DNA of 57,866 nt, filler included, from Stramenopiles sp. TOSAG23-3 (GCA_900128585.1; 6 parts of 6 records of this genome joined end to end with filler, not necessarily neighbours in it); one strand, 5' to 3'. Counted from the first letter of the whole stretch, positions 20,102 through 30,707 are shown. Made by a program: numbers and translations. Notes: a model not told the origin generated them from the sequence alone.

Positions 20102-20333
20102 ATTCAAAAAAAAAACATGATGATGAGATGATCGATGAGAACGAACGGAGGAGGAATGGTGGCACGATTTATTTATTATAATATTTCTATTACTTTTTCT
20201 TTATATACTATAGCATACTTCGAAATGCAAAGTTTAAAATCACAACGGAGATGCAGAATTATGATGGATTCAGCGTCGGCACTAAGTTATTTAATAACAT
20301 ATTCTAGTGAAACATTCGAACTTATCGTATTAA

Positions 20334-21005
20334 ATGTCTTCCTTCGTAGCTATTCAGAAACTATCGAAGGATGCCAAGGGAGTGGAGCCTCCGAGAGACG
20401 CCATTTTCAAATTGACTGCGACCGTGGGAAACTTTGTCGGGTTCTTACTCCGTCCGGGTATTGTTGATGACGTGGTGGAAGAGGCGTATTTAGAGCTCAT
20501 CGACCGGCTGTTTTTGGTTGCTAACAGTTGCAACATCGATTTAGGCAACGCTTGCATATCCAAGATTGAGCTCAACAATCAGAAATATCCACCAAAGCTG
20601 TGCAAAGGGCGAGCGGGTAAGTACACCGAGTATTCCAAGGAAACTGGAATTGGAAAAGAAACTGTTCAGGAAAGTAGAGATTTGAGTGAGGAGGAAAAGG
20701 CGAACATTACCCCTGTTAAATTGCAGACAATTATCAGCAATTTTGCAAAGGTAAGAGACTGGGATCAGTTTCACACGCCCAGAAATATTTATTTGGCTAT
20801 GATCGGCGAACTCGGCGAGTTGGCTGAAATTTTTCAGTGGAAAGGCGACGACGGAAAGGCGGACGTAGGATTGACAAACTTTACGAAAGAAGAACGGGAA
20901 AAAGTGAAGCAAGAGTTGGCCGATGTGTCCATATATGCAGTCCGGCTTGGTGAGTTGATGGAGATAGACTTGAAAAAGCTTTCTGCCTGCATGACTGGTT
21001 GTTAA
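20334..21005 (+). CDS. DCTPP1: dCTP pyrophosphatase 1-like (MazG all-alpha NTP pyrophosphatase) with duplicated/permuted layout
   Basis: RDWDQFHTPRNIYLAMIGELGELAEIFQW and QELADVSIY. The normally C-terminal KIELNxxKYP..KG...KYTE segment lies upstream of this core. Confidence 0.85.
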   Translation: MSSFVAIQKLSKDAKGVEPPRDAIFKLTATVGNFVGFLLRPGIVDDVVEEAYLELIDRLFLVANSCNIDLGNACISKIELNNQKYPPKLCKGRAGKYTEYSKETGIGKETVQESRDLSEEEKANITPVKLQTIISNFAKVRDWDQFHTPRNIYLAMIGELGELAEIFQWKGDDGKADVGLTNFTKEEREKVKQELADVSIYAVRLGELMEIDLKKLSACMTGC

Positions 21006-21149
21006 ATTTTACTCTTAATCTTTTCGTACGCGTTTGTCCATTTTCTTGATTTTGTGATATAAACTTTGTTTTTTTAAAGATAAACTGAATTGCTTTTTTT
21101 TCTTGTCAACACACACAGTCATTGCGCTGAAAATACCAGATACGTTCAT

Positions 21150-21473
21150 TCAAAGTTTGCTCATCTTCTTCACAGGTGCATATTTTATAGCTACACCAGT
21201 AGGCACTTTACGTATTGGATCGTCTTCTGGTATGTTAACACTTTCTTGCAATTCCTTCATAGTAATCAGTTTGCTTTCCAATCCTGCTATTATATCTTCA
21301 ATTGCCTGCTTTGGGCGATGAATACATTTGAATCCAGTCATATTTGATAATTTCCCAAAATTGACTTGGTAGCTTCTAGGATCGCCTTTGTCGTATCTCA
21401 AAATCAATTTAGTTTGTGGAAGCCGATCTTTTATCAACTGACCTATTTGGAACAACAGCCAATTTTCTTGTTT
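21150..21473 (-). pseudogene. Orphan C-terminal fragment of an NAD-dependent nucleotide-sugar epimerase/dehydratase (extended SDR)
   Basis: KQENWLLFQIGQLIKDRLP...DPRSYQVNFGKL...GFK...AIEDII matches the extended-SDR C-terminal pattern. There is no upstream ATG or Rossmann domain, and only about 230 bp to the next gene end. Confidence 0.65.
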
Positions 21474-21701
21474 TTTTTAATAATAATATACTGTCGTCGG
21501 ATTTTGAAAACTTTATCAAATTTTAGATTATTTTATGTACTGGAAATTCCATCCTGGTAATCGTCGCAAAACGAAATTTTAACTTTTTTCAGGTTAGCAG
21601 TTTATTCTCGCATTTCTATTAAAGTGGGGGGCGGTATAGTCAGATTCGATTTTTCGTCTTAATTTATAAGTTATTCCCCCGCCCTCTAAAATGGACGATA
21701 T

Positions 21702-23330
21702 TTAGTCGCTCCAGTCACTGTCACTGCCGCTCGTGCCGTCGTCCGATTCCTCCCCTCCAAATATCTTGATCCTATGCGCCAGAATGGCAGCAACCCCAGT
21801 CTGCTCAATTGAACTCTTTCGTCGGACTTTGGATGCCTGGATTTTATTCTCTATATCGCCCACCGTAACTTTTCCAGCCTGACGGGTGCGAATCGCCTCC
21901 ATCAGTAAATTCCTGGGCTTTTCTGTTGCTACCTTTTGGTCTTCGTTTCGGGGGCTGCTCTCGGCTCCCCCATTGCCCTGTTCCTCTGCTACTTTTTTGA
22001 GCTTCTTCAGTTTAAATTTTTGTACGTCCTGTAGAAAAGATGGGAGACCGCCCTGACTTCCACCGGCATCTGGGGCTGGTGCGGCAGACGACTCTTTGAG
22101 CTTGTTTAGTTTGAATTTTTGTACATCCTGCAGGAAAGATGGTAAACCGCCCTGGTTTCCACGAACATCTGGGGCTGGTGCGGCCGATGCCTTTGCTTTA
22201 GGCGCGGGCCGAATGTTTGGAGTAAGAAGCTTTGAGGGCAGCGGTGGTGGAGATGGCATTCCAGCACTACCTGGCGCTGTGGTCGGACGAGCGGGTGGTA
22301 AAGCGCCTGCCCTGGCTGGGCGTTCTACTCCCGATTTATCCGTCGGCACAGTGCTATTATTTTTGTCAGACTTGTTTGGAGTTTTGGATTCTGCAACCTG
22401 AGGTGTACGGACCGTTTTTGGTTGGGGCGCTACGCTCGAGTGTAGCGGGCGCTCTGCTTTTTGGTGGGGGGGCAACGGGCGTGCGTTAGGGGGTGGAGAG
22501 TCACTTTTGCCCGCCAAATTCATAGACACTTTATCGAGCATGCTTAAGCCTTCTGCTGCTTTCATCCGTCTTTCCTCGATCTCTTTGGACGATTTTGACG
22601 CTGCGTCGCGGGAGGAGAAAACGTGTTCGGACTGTTTGTTCTTCCAGGCCAAATCCGTAACGCCTTTGAACGGGTCCTTTGTCGACTTCTTTTCCAATCT
22701 CCATTTTCTCTGATTCCGGATTTCCTCCCTCTCTGCACGATACTCCGCCATTCTAGATTTTTCAGACGCCACCCACTGGTGAAAAAAGTATTGGGGATCC
22801 GAGTACCGAGCAAGGCAGGTCCCGCTTCGTTCGATGTCCTCTTGAGTCAAAAACTCGTCCATTGACTCCAAATGCGGCGGTGGCATTGACTCGCTGTGCA
22901 GCCCTTGCAGGGCGTCCCCCCGAGTACTGGGAGTAAAAAACTGCTGGGTTTTTTCCAGGTACCGGAGTTGTAACAACTTGTTTTTCATCCCCTTCTCTGA
23001 TTCTGCAGAAAGAAGCCTTCGTGCCTGGCCATTCTCCAGAGCAGTCTCCTTCTTTTCCAACGACTCTTCCAACGCGCGCGCCCTCCGTGCAACTTCCTTT
23101 ATGTTCTTGCCTGTGTCGTCAATTGCTGACGCTAGCTCAGAAAACATACCACTTGCGTGGATAGATAACTCTTCTACTTGCCTGAGCACCCCTATCATTT
23201 CACTAAACGAAGATTGTGCAATCGCTTTGCCGCGCTGAAAATTAGACGGTTCCTTCTCCTCTGCATTGTTTGCAGACGCGGCGGGGAACAAAACTTGCGG
23301 CGGAGCAATTACCCGCGGGGCAAACGACAT
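21702..23330 (-). CDS. SCAR/WAVE-family Arp2/3 activator
   Basis: SCAR-homology domain (GVLRQVEELSIHASGMFSEL; PPPHLESMD..CLARYSDPQYFFHQW), basic region, Pro-rich region, WH2 motifs, central VAAILAHRI, acidic tail with Trp (SDSDWSD). Confidence 0.9.
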   Translation of the reverse strand: MSFAPRVIAPPQVLFPAASANNAEEKEPSNFQRGKAIAQSSFSEMIGVLRQVEELSIHASGMFSELASAIDDTGKNIKEVARRARALEESLEKKETALENGQARRLLSAESEKGMKNKLLQLRYLEKTQQFFTPSTRGDALQGLHSESMPPPHLESMDEFLTQEDIERSGTCLARYSDPQYFFHQWVASEKSRMAEYRAEREEIRNQRKWRLEKKSTKDPFKGVTDLAWKNKQSEHVFSSRDAASKSSKEIEERRMKAAEGLSMLDKVSMNLAGKSDSPPPNARPLPPHQKAERPLHSSVAPQPKTVRTPQVAESKTPNKSDKNNSTVPTDKSGVERPARAGALPPARPTTAPGSAGMPSPPPLPSKLLTPNIRPAPKAKASAAPAPDVRGNQGGLPSFLQDVQKFKLNKLKESSAAPAPDAGGSQGGLPSFLQDVQKFKLKKLKKVAEEQGNGGAESSPRNEDQKVATEKPRNLLMEAIRTRQAGKVTVGDIENKIQASKVRRKSSIEQTGVAAILAHRIKIFGGEESDDGTSGSDSDWSD

Positions 23331-23479
23331 GTTCTCCTCTACTCACTTTGGAAAAGCTATAAAAATCTCCTTTTCTCCATTCATGCATAAAATTTCTGCT
23401 CTTTCTAAAACAACACACAAGAGTGATTCTTTGCCTTGTTTTCCAGTACTTACTGTCCGTGAGTTTTGTATTTTCAGCA

Positions 23480-23545
23480 AAGAAGAAGAGAGATCTAGAA
23501 GAAGAAGAAGAAGAAGAAGAAGAAGAAGAAGAGAAGGAAGGAGAA
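23480..23545. repeat. (AGA)n microsatellite
   Basis: GAA/AGA tandem array upstream of the SCAR/WAVE gene. Confidence 0.85.
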
Positions 23546-23837
23546 TGAAATTTTTTTTAGAACGACTACCGTACTAAGACTAAGAAGTAGTTTTAAAAAA
23601 ATAAAAGAAGAGAGAGAAGAAGAAGAAGTGATGAATGAGATTGTTGGACGGAGGATCTTTTTCTTCTACACTTTTATTATTATTTTTTATTTATATTTAA
23701 TAGCTTATCTAATAATATCATCAGCATCAAAAAATAATAATAATATTTTTTTGGCAATTGTGTATAATAATTATTATTTAGAAGACAATGAGAGTGTACT
23801 AAAAAACTATCCATATACTACGTTCAGTTAAATTGAA

Positions 23838-26180
23838 TTAGATGACAATATGAGGAGGAATGAAAGCATCGCTTCCGTCACTGGATCTTTGCACACTAAC
23901 AGCAGATTCAATACCTTTGGCAAACCGCTTAACCCATTGCTTTGGCCTGAACAGTGCGCTTGTATGTTCGTCCTTGTTTGCAGGACTCGGAACGCCGTCG
24001 ACACTTTGAACACGGACTGTTTCCAAGGCTTCTCTCATGTCTTTCAGTATTCTGTGGAATTTCCCTTGTTTTCGGCACACCGAAACGGCCAGATCTTCAT
24101 AGGCTTTCATCGAGTAGACGATTCCATCTTGAATGTTCACCGCTGCGGCCAAACTTTTCCCCATGCGTCGGACGAGCGTGTCCCTGGGCATTGTTATCGA
24201 TGGGGTACCAGCCCACATCGTGTCTACTCCTGTTGCGCCAGCATTATATTCCACATTGTCCAACACCACGTTCGCTGCTCCGATCCTCCCCACGTATTGT
24301 TCTTGCGGGGCAAAATCACTGAAAAACAAATGGTGTTCGGGAACCCCCCGTGCCAGCAATTCCTGGATTATATTGTATTCTGCTGCACCCGGGTGGCGGA
24401 GCAGCCACAGTATTATGCGTCCCTCGTGGCATTTTCTGCGGGCACGGCGGAAGACGTTTGCCCATATATCGAGCAGGCTTGGGCTTACCTTAAACAGCTG
24501 GTTGAAATTAGAATACACAAACGACTGCTTTGGAATGCCCAGGTCTCGCCGATTGCGGTGGGGTTTGATTTTGTAATACGGGAGTTTTCGCCGGTGATCA
24601 CCAACAAAGATGGAAGGTGGCAGCACTATCAGTTTCTCTGCATACTGCCTCAGCCTATGAACCCGGCCATCCGGACCAAGCCCCGGCATGCTCACTTCTT
24701 CAACAATTGCCGTTTTTGCGTCAACAATGGCGTAGTCTAAAAGTTTAGAGTTCCCAATTGTACACGGCCAACCCAAAAACCCGACTTGCAATTTCGACGG
24801 GCGGTGCGCAAAAATTTCTGGCCTTCCGCCACTCGTGAACCCGTTCAGATCGAACAAAACATCGATGCTATCCTTCGCAATCAGTTTCGCGGCGTCTAGG
24901 TCATGCATTCCATATATGGAGCGGAAACTGTGAACGTTTTCCGCCAACTCGACGTGGGACAGAATCCCTTTTATTGGGCGCTTTTGCAAGGGTGCTAGGG
25001 AGTACAAATGGACCAAAAACGAATTCCCGTCCGACGAGAACATAGAAAAAATATTTTCCAGCAAATGCATCATGGGGTGCTTCGATCCAAAATCGGAAGA
25101 TACAAACCCGATACGAATGGCCGTTTCGCCCGTTGCAGACTTTTTTCCCGCGTCGAAAGTAAGGGAGGGACCGACCCTGGTAGAAATGTGTTTCCCCCAA
25201 CTAGTCATCAAGGAGAAGAGCGTCGTGGAGTCCATGAATGAGGACAGCGCCCGCATGGGGGTCATGGAAAGTTTGTCCTCTGTGTTGCGATCTATTGCCG
25301 AGCGAAGCAATCCGTACACTTGCGCGTCTATAATATCTAATCCATTGTACAAAGCGGTGTATCGCATTAAGTGGGCCAACGCACATATGCATCGGTAGTA
25401 CAAGTTTTGCTTTTGCGATGAATCCTCCCCGAGGCCCACAGCCTCTCTTAGGGCATTGATCGCCCCGGAATAGTCTGGGGTTGGCTCGGAACCAAGCAAG
25501 CTGTCGTGCAAATCGTACAGAACCTCCGATCGGGTCAGCCGGCGGGAATGCCCTTGCTTGTCTAGCAACAGCGACTTCAAAAAATGCTTGCTTGCAATGT
25601 GGTACCCATTCATTTTGGCTTCTATTATGCCAAGTTTCCAATGCACTTCTGGAAAATTGTAATTTATCGTCAAAACCCTCTTTAAAACCTTCCGGGCACG
25701 GAGCAGGTGCTTCCTATCCCCGTCCATGAGTTCGCGACGGTCGTTGGGGATCAGCGTGAGACCGTAATTATAACCGTACAACTCGTTCTTGCGCTTGGAC
25801 AGTTTCCATGCTTTTTTGTAGTAGCCGATGGCTTCCTTTCTCCGACCCGCGGAGGTGAAAATACTCCCCGCATTGTTTATCAACGCGTGGTGTTCCGGCT
25901 CTAATTCGACGGCTTCCTTGTACACCTCGCACGCTTTCTCGTGATCGCCGACTCTGGAGTAAAGAGAGCCAAGATTATGGAGGTCGAAGCCAGTTTTTCT
26001 GTACTTTAAGACCTTTTTGTACGCTTTTATTGCCCCCTGCAGATCGCCAACCCCTTTCTTTTCCCCGCCAATTTTTGACCACTTCTCCGCCAAGTTTGCC
26101 CACTTCTTTCGAGCCCCCCCGAACGCAAGCAGCAGAAGAAAACAAAAACTACTTCGAAGCAACCAGCAGAACCGCCTCAT
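23838..26180 (-). CDS. TPR + GT41 glycosyltransferase (O-GlcNAc transferase/SEC-like) with N-terminal hydrophobic signal
   Basis: TPR repeats followed by RIGFVSSDFGSKHP, IDVLFDLNGFT..RPEIFAHRP..QVGFLGWP, FNQLFK, LWLLRHP, DTMWAGTP. First ATG at 26180 gives MRRFCWLLRSSFCFLLLLAFGGA. Confidence 0.88.
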   Translation of the reverse strand: MRRFCWLLRSSFCFLLLLAFGGARKKWANLAEKWSKIGGEKKGVGDLQGAIKAYKKVLKYRKTGFDLHNLGSLYSRVGDHEKACEVYKEAVELEPEHHALINNAGSIFTSAGRRKEAIGYYKKAWKLSKRKNELYGYNYGLTLIPNDRRELMDGDRKHLLRARKVLKRVLTINYNFPEVHWKLGIIEAKMNGYHIASKHFLKSLLLDKQGHSRRLTRSEVLYDLHDSLLGSEPTPDYSGAINALREAVGLGEDSSQKQNLYYRCICALAHLMRYTALYNGLDIIDAQVYGLLRSAIDRNTEDKLSMTPMRALSSFMDSTTLFSLMTSWGKHISTRVGPSLTFDAGKKSATGETAIRIGFVSSDFGSKHPMMHLLENIFSMFSSDGNSFLVHLYSLAPLQKRPIKGILSHVELAENVHSFRSIYGMHDLDAAKLIAKDSIDVLFDLNGFTSGGRPEIFAHRPSKLQVGFLGWPCTIGNSKLLDYAIVDAKTAIVEEVSMPGLGPDGRVHRLRQYAEKLIVLPPSIFVGDHRRKLPYYKIKPHRNRRDLGIPKQSFVYSNFNQLFKVSPSLLDIWANVFRRARRKCHEGRIILWLLRHPGAAEYNIIQELLARGVPEHHLFFSDFAPQEQYVGRIGAANVVLDNVEYNAGATGVDTMWAGTPSITMPRDTLVRRMGKSLAAAVNIQDGIVYSMKAYEDLAVSVCRKQGKFHRILKDMREALETVRVQSVDGVPSPANKDEHTSALFRPKQWVKRFAKGIESAVSVQRSSDGSDAFIPPHIVI

Positions 26181-26739
26181 TCGAACCGCCGCCACACAGG
26201 CCGGCGTGCTGTTCAATACAATCTGCTGTAATCCGAGAATGTTCGGCCGTCTTCCAGCAGTTCACCTTTTGGGTCACCAAATCAACAAATATGTCGCTTG
26301 TTCCTTTTGGGGTTGACGTCAGCTCCAGAAGAAGTGTCGTGGTAAGTAATGGTTGGTGTGGATAATAAAATACTATTTTAGTCGTCTATGTATACGAGGA
26401 GAATAGACAATAATTTAAATGTGTAATCAGCAGCAGGCAGGGGTAGGTTGTTGAGGGAGGAAGGAGAGGGGGGCGGGGGGAGGACTGACTTTTTTTTATA
26501 TTATTATTAAAATAAATTCAAATTCATCAATCTTATCATCTTGAGTCCTAGGATATATAGAGACTCCACAAACTAAATATTTACGAAACAAACATGGTTT
26601 AGTCATTGTAAAAAATTGACAATGTCTGAACTATAGACATTTCTCTGTAACGAACAGATCATTTTATCGCCTTCGGAAGTAGTTCTGTACAAGAAAGTGG
26701 GTGCTTCCATTGTGTTAGGAAGTTGCGTAGTGTAGTTCG

Positions 26740-28527
26740 ATGGCGAGGAAACGGGCACGAACGAGAACCACGCCGAGGTCACGGACAAAGGGTGGGAAGG
26801 TAGCGAAAATCTCGGTGGTAAACTCGGGGGAGCATGGCCCGACGGTTTTAGTGATAGGAGCAGGCCCATCGGGGCTAGTTTCCCTTAAAACGTTGCGAGA
26901 AAATGGATACAACGCGGTCTGTGTGGAGTCGAGCGGGCACATTGGTGGGACGTTTTACAACAAGACTTACGATGACGGTGCACTGGTTAGCTCCAAGTAC
27001 ATCACTGCTTTTTCAGATTTTCGTTGGGACAGTGAGACCAGACCACACCCTACCATAGATGAATACTTGGAGTACTTAGAAAAGTACTCTGTGAAGTTTA
27101 AACTAAAGGAACACATTCACTTTGGAGTTACCGTAGAGCAAGTGAAACCTCTGGAAACCCCCAGCGGGAAAATGTACCGTTGCTCCTTCAAATTTGACGA
27201 CGACCTGTTGCCCTCTGATGCAAAGCAGAGGCTTGCTGAAAATAATGTTTTTGACGCCGTGGCCGTATGCTCTGGGCTGCACAACGTCCCATTTGTCCCG
27301 TCCATCACTGGGTTTTACAAATACAAAGGGCGATCCATACATAGTAGCGAATATAAAAGCAAATCGATTTTTGCTCACAAGAGAGTCTTAGTTGTTGGCT
27401 GTGGAGAGACGGGCTGCGACGTGGCGTACAGGGCAGTGCAGGTGTCAGCGCCGAAAGGTGTTGCACTGTGCGTGAGGCGAGGGTTTTTGTCCGTTCCCAC
27501 TGCACTTACCGAAACACTCCCGTTAGACACGTACATTACAAACTTGTTTGAATTCTGCTACCAGCACAGATGGACAGAATATTTCAAACTCAAGTGGAAG
27601 TTTACGACCCCTTTCATTAGGGCAGCTTTTCTGCTCGGTACTGGGACTAGTTCCGGGTACAACCAGTGGGCAGGAACGCTGGCCAACGTAAAACGAGGGT
27701 ACCATATAATCAACAAGAGCACTGCGGTCATGCCATACATTAATCCACCGTTGAAGGAACGTTCGTGGATGGGCAAACATGTGTACAGTTATTTCGACCG
27801 AACGAACCCTAACCCGAAAGAACAGGTAGTCAAGGTGGTCCCATCCATCGCAGCCTTCCACACAAACGGTCGGTCAGTAGAATTCTCGGATGGTTCGACC
27901 GGGGATTTCGATGTCATTGTTTGGTGCACGGGGTATAAGCAGAAGTTTCCATTTCTTAATGGGGGGGCTGTGGACGGGGACGACGACCCGCTGCCCTCGG
28001 AGCACATGATATGCTCTCCGTCCTCTCCAAACCTGGCGTTCATCGGATTTGTGAGACCAAATGTCGGCGCCATCCCACCAATGAGCGAGCTTCAGGTCAT
28101 GTACTGGATTCAACGGATGCGTGGGAAAACATCCCCTGTGCCTACGGTGTCGTACAGACTGCTGGGACTAGACCGGACAAAGGCGTATGGGGTGGATTAT
28201 GGCGCCTATATGCATGATTTAGCCCGAAGTATCGGTAGCGCGCCTCACCTTCTTAACTGGCTTTTCAAAAGCCCACGAGTCGCCGTTGCCTACGCATTGG
28301 GCCAAAGCTATATTTCTTTCTTTCGGTTGGAAGGCCCTTTCAAAGAGGAAAATGCTGAGCAAATATCTGCAAACGAGCTATTCTTTCCTGTTTTGGAACG
28401 TGGAGTTGTTGGAAATCTTATTTTTATTGTCGTTATTTTCATATTTGGGATCATCAATTTAACTTTTTGGTTGGTCGACAACGTTGTAGCAATGCCAGTC
28501 TGTTTTCTTTGGAGACTTCTTCTGTGA
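26740..28527 (+). CDS. Flavin-containing monooxygenase (class B FMO)
   Basis: GAGPSG FAD motif, LVSSKYITAFSDF, FMO fingerprint YKGRSIHSSEYK, GCGETGCD NADPH motif, WCTGY, C-terminal TM segment. Confidence 0.92.
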   Translation: MARKRARTRTTPRSRTKGGKVAKISVVNSGEHGPTVLVIGAGPSGLVSLKTLRENGYNAVCVESSGHIGGTFYNKTYDDGALVSSKYITAFSDFRWDSETRPHPTIDEYLEYLEKYSVKFKLKEHIHFGVTVEQVKPLETPSGKMYRCSFKFDDDLLPSDAKQRLAENNVFDAVAVCSGLHNVPFVPSITGFYKYKGRSIHSSEYKSKSIFAHKRVLVVGCGETGCDVAYRAVQVSAPKGVALCVRRGFLSVPTALTETLPLDTYITNLFEFCYQHRWTEYFKLKWKFTTPFIRAAFLLGTGTSSGYNQWAGTLANVKRGYHIINKSTAVMPYINPPLKERSWMGKHVYSYFDRTNPNPKEQVVKVVPSIAAFHTNGRSVEFSDGSTGDFDVIVWCTGYKQKFPFLNGGAVDGDDDPLPSEHMICSPSSPNLAFIGFVRPNVGAIPPMSELQVMYWIQRMRGKTSPVPTVSYRLLGLDRTKAYGVDYGAYMHDLARSIGSAPHLLNWLFKSPRVAVAYALGQSYISFFRLEGPFKEENAEQISANELFFPVLERGVVGNLIFIVVIFIFGIINLTFWLVDNVVAMPVCFLWRLLL

Positions 28528-29523
28528 TGATGACCACCAACAACAATCCATCGTTGCCTTATTTTGTTTTGCTTTTATAATTATTATGTTACATAGACAC
28601 AGCATATAAAAAATAAATTAATATTTCTCTTCGATACAAAATATTTCGGTAAATATATTTCTAAAAAAACTTACAACAAAAAAATAAAAGGACGACCGTC
28701 GTTGTTTTTTTAAAAGTAAAATGCCATCGTAGACAGCTGTTCTAGAAAGTGTTCAGTGTCCTTGGCGCGAAAAAAAATCCAACTCGATTTTCAAAGTATG
28801 GAAGCACTTTGAATGATAACGATAAATTAAAGCAAGGGGGATGCATAACTGCATAAGTTTAGATTACGCAAGCGTTCCGCTTTCCATGCACGACCGTCAA
28901 CGAACGTTTATAAATTGTTTACCTTCAAATGACTTGGAAATGTGGTTCCTAGGGACAATTTTTTGTGAAATGGACGATTTCGACCAAACGCCACCCAAAC
29001 ACTTATTTATCTTTTGTAAGTTTTAGAAAAACGAATGGTACTACCACAATTTTATGCATCTAAACAGACGTTTGACTCTTTAAAATTGTAAAAAATATCC
29101 TTTTTTCATAAAGATCTCTTCGTTTCAAATAGTTAACACAAAGTCCGCTGACACTTTATCCGTCCGCGCCAAAGATACCGACCTCATTTGATAATTTTGG
29201 TAAATAGTATACTACTGTTCATATAAGTAACAGAACAGTAAACAACACCTATCATTATAATAATGTAGTAAAGGAAAAAAAGATTTGTTGCTCAGCGACT
29301 CAGCGAGCTGCTGCTTGCTTCTCACTTCTCATCTTCAGTTCAATAATAATTATTCTTCCTTTTTTTTAATTTAAAAAAAATGACATTGAAAATTCCCATC
29401 GTCCGAGTAGTACTATTATTCAATGACAATATACATTGAACTAATGAATAGGTAAATTAATAAAAAAGGGTTTGTGCAAAGGGAGGCTCAGATGAGAATA
29501 AAACTGTACTTACGGCATACAAA

Positions 29524-30495
29524 ATGAGTTCAGAGATTTCTTTTTTACCCCCACCCGAGTTTACGGACGAAGAGCGGAACTACCAATACAGTCCGTCCAA
29601 ATGGTCGAAACGGGACTTCAAAACTCCGGATGACGTAGTAAACGACCACTGCAATACTGTGAGGCAAGGGAGTGCGGTTATGATAAAGAGTGTTAGAGAG
29701 GCTCAAAGCGGCGGGGAAGACGGTCCATTTGCCACCTTGAATGTGGTGCACACGAAAGACGAGGCTGCAACAAAGGAGGCATCGTTGGACGTATTTTATC
29801 CTCTCGACTCTGCGAACGGCAACCTCTTCCCTGTGGTAGTTTATCTTCACGGTGGATACTGGCAGGCTTTAGAAAAATCAGGATCTTGCTGGCACGCGAA
29901 CACGTTTCGTAAAAATGGTATTGGGTTTGTGGCAATTGGATACGACTTGTGCCCTTCGGTCACGTTCGCTCAATTAGTTCGCCAGGTGAACAATGGGATT
30001 GCAGAAGTTGTTAAGAATCGCTTTAGAGGGCACCCCATATACCTGTGCGGTCACTCGGCTGGCGGTCATTTGGTAGGTATGGCATTGTGCACTGATTGGA
30101 AAGGGGAGTACGGGATTGAAGAGCCGTTTATCAATGGGTTTATTGCCGTAAGCGGCTGCTATGATCTGCGGCTGCTGAGGCAGACGTACGTTAACGATGC
30201 GCTAAAGTTGGACGAAGCCTCTGCGGAGGCATTCTCGCCAGTTTTGAAACCGTTCAACACTACGTCTGGGATGAGACCGGGCTGCGGCGGCATTGTTGCG
30301 TACGGGGAGAACGAAAGTGAAGAATTCAAACGAATGTCGGTGAACTATCACAAGTATATCACTTTTCACAACGTATCTCCGGGCTGCGAACTAATGGAAT
30401 TGCCTGGTGAAGATCACTTTACCGCAATCGAACGACTTGCTGAGGCGGAATATAAGTTGACGAAAAGTACCGTGGGCATGATTCTGAAAAAGTAG
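29524..30495 (+). CDS. AFMID: Kynurenine formamidase (alpha/beta hydrolase)
   Basis: YSPSKWSKR, HGGYWQ oxyanion motif, GHSAGGHL nucleophile elbow, ESEEF, DHF. Confidence 0.85.
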   Translation: MSSEISFLPPPEFTDEERNYQYSPSKWSKRDFKTPDDVVNDHCNTVRQGSAVMIKSVREAQSGGEDGPFATLNVVHTKDEAATKEASLDVFYPLDSANGNLFPVVVYLHGGYWQALEKSGSCWHANTFRKNGIGFVAIGYDLCPSVTFAQLVRQVNNGIAEVVKNRFRGHPIYLCGHSAGGHLVGMALCTDWKGEYGIEEPFINGFIAVSGCYDLRLLRQTYVNDALKLDEASAEAFSPVLKPFNTTSGMRPGCGGIVAYGENESEEFKRMSVNYHKYITFHNVSPGCELMELPGEDHFTAIERLAEAEYKLTKSTVGMILKK

Positions 30496-30707
30496 TTGGA
30501 AGGTACAGTATTGAAAAAAAAAATAATTATATAGCATGCTACATTATAATATTGATATTGGAAAAAAGTAATTATTAATATTATTAGCGTAACGGAAAGT
30601 GCCGGTTGCCTAAGATGCACTTGCACTTTTAAAGGATAGGATCAAAACTCTCGGTAGATTTTTATTTGTACATCATGGTGGCCTTTCTATCGCTCTCCAA
30701 TGGTCCT

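Noticed and set aside
19919-20165. Short ORFs reading (LLFSS)n or (REEKR)n
   Set aside because: Translations of the AGAAG microsatellite.
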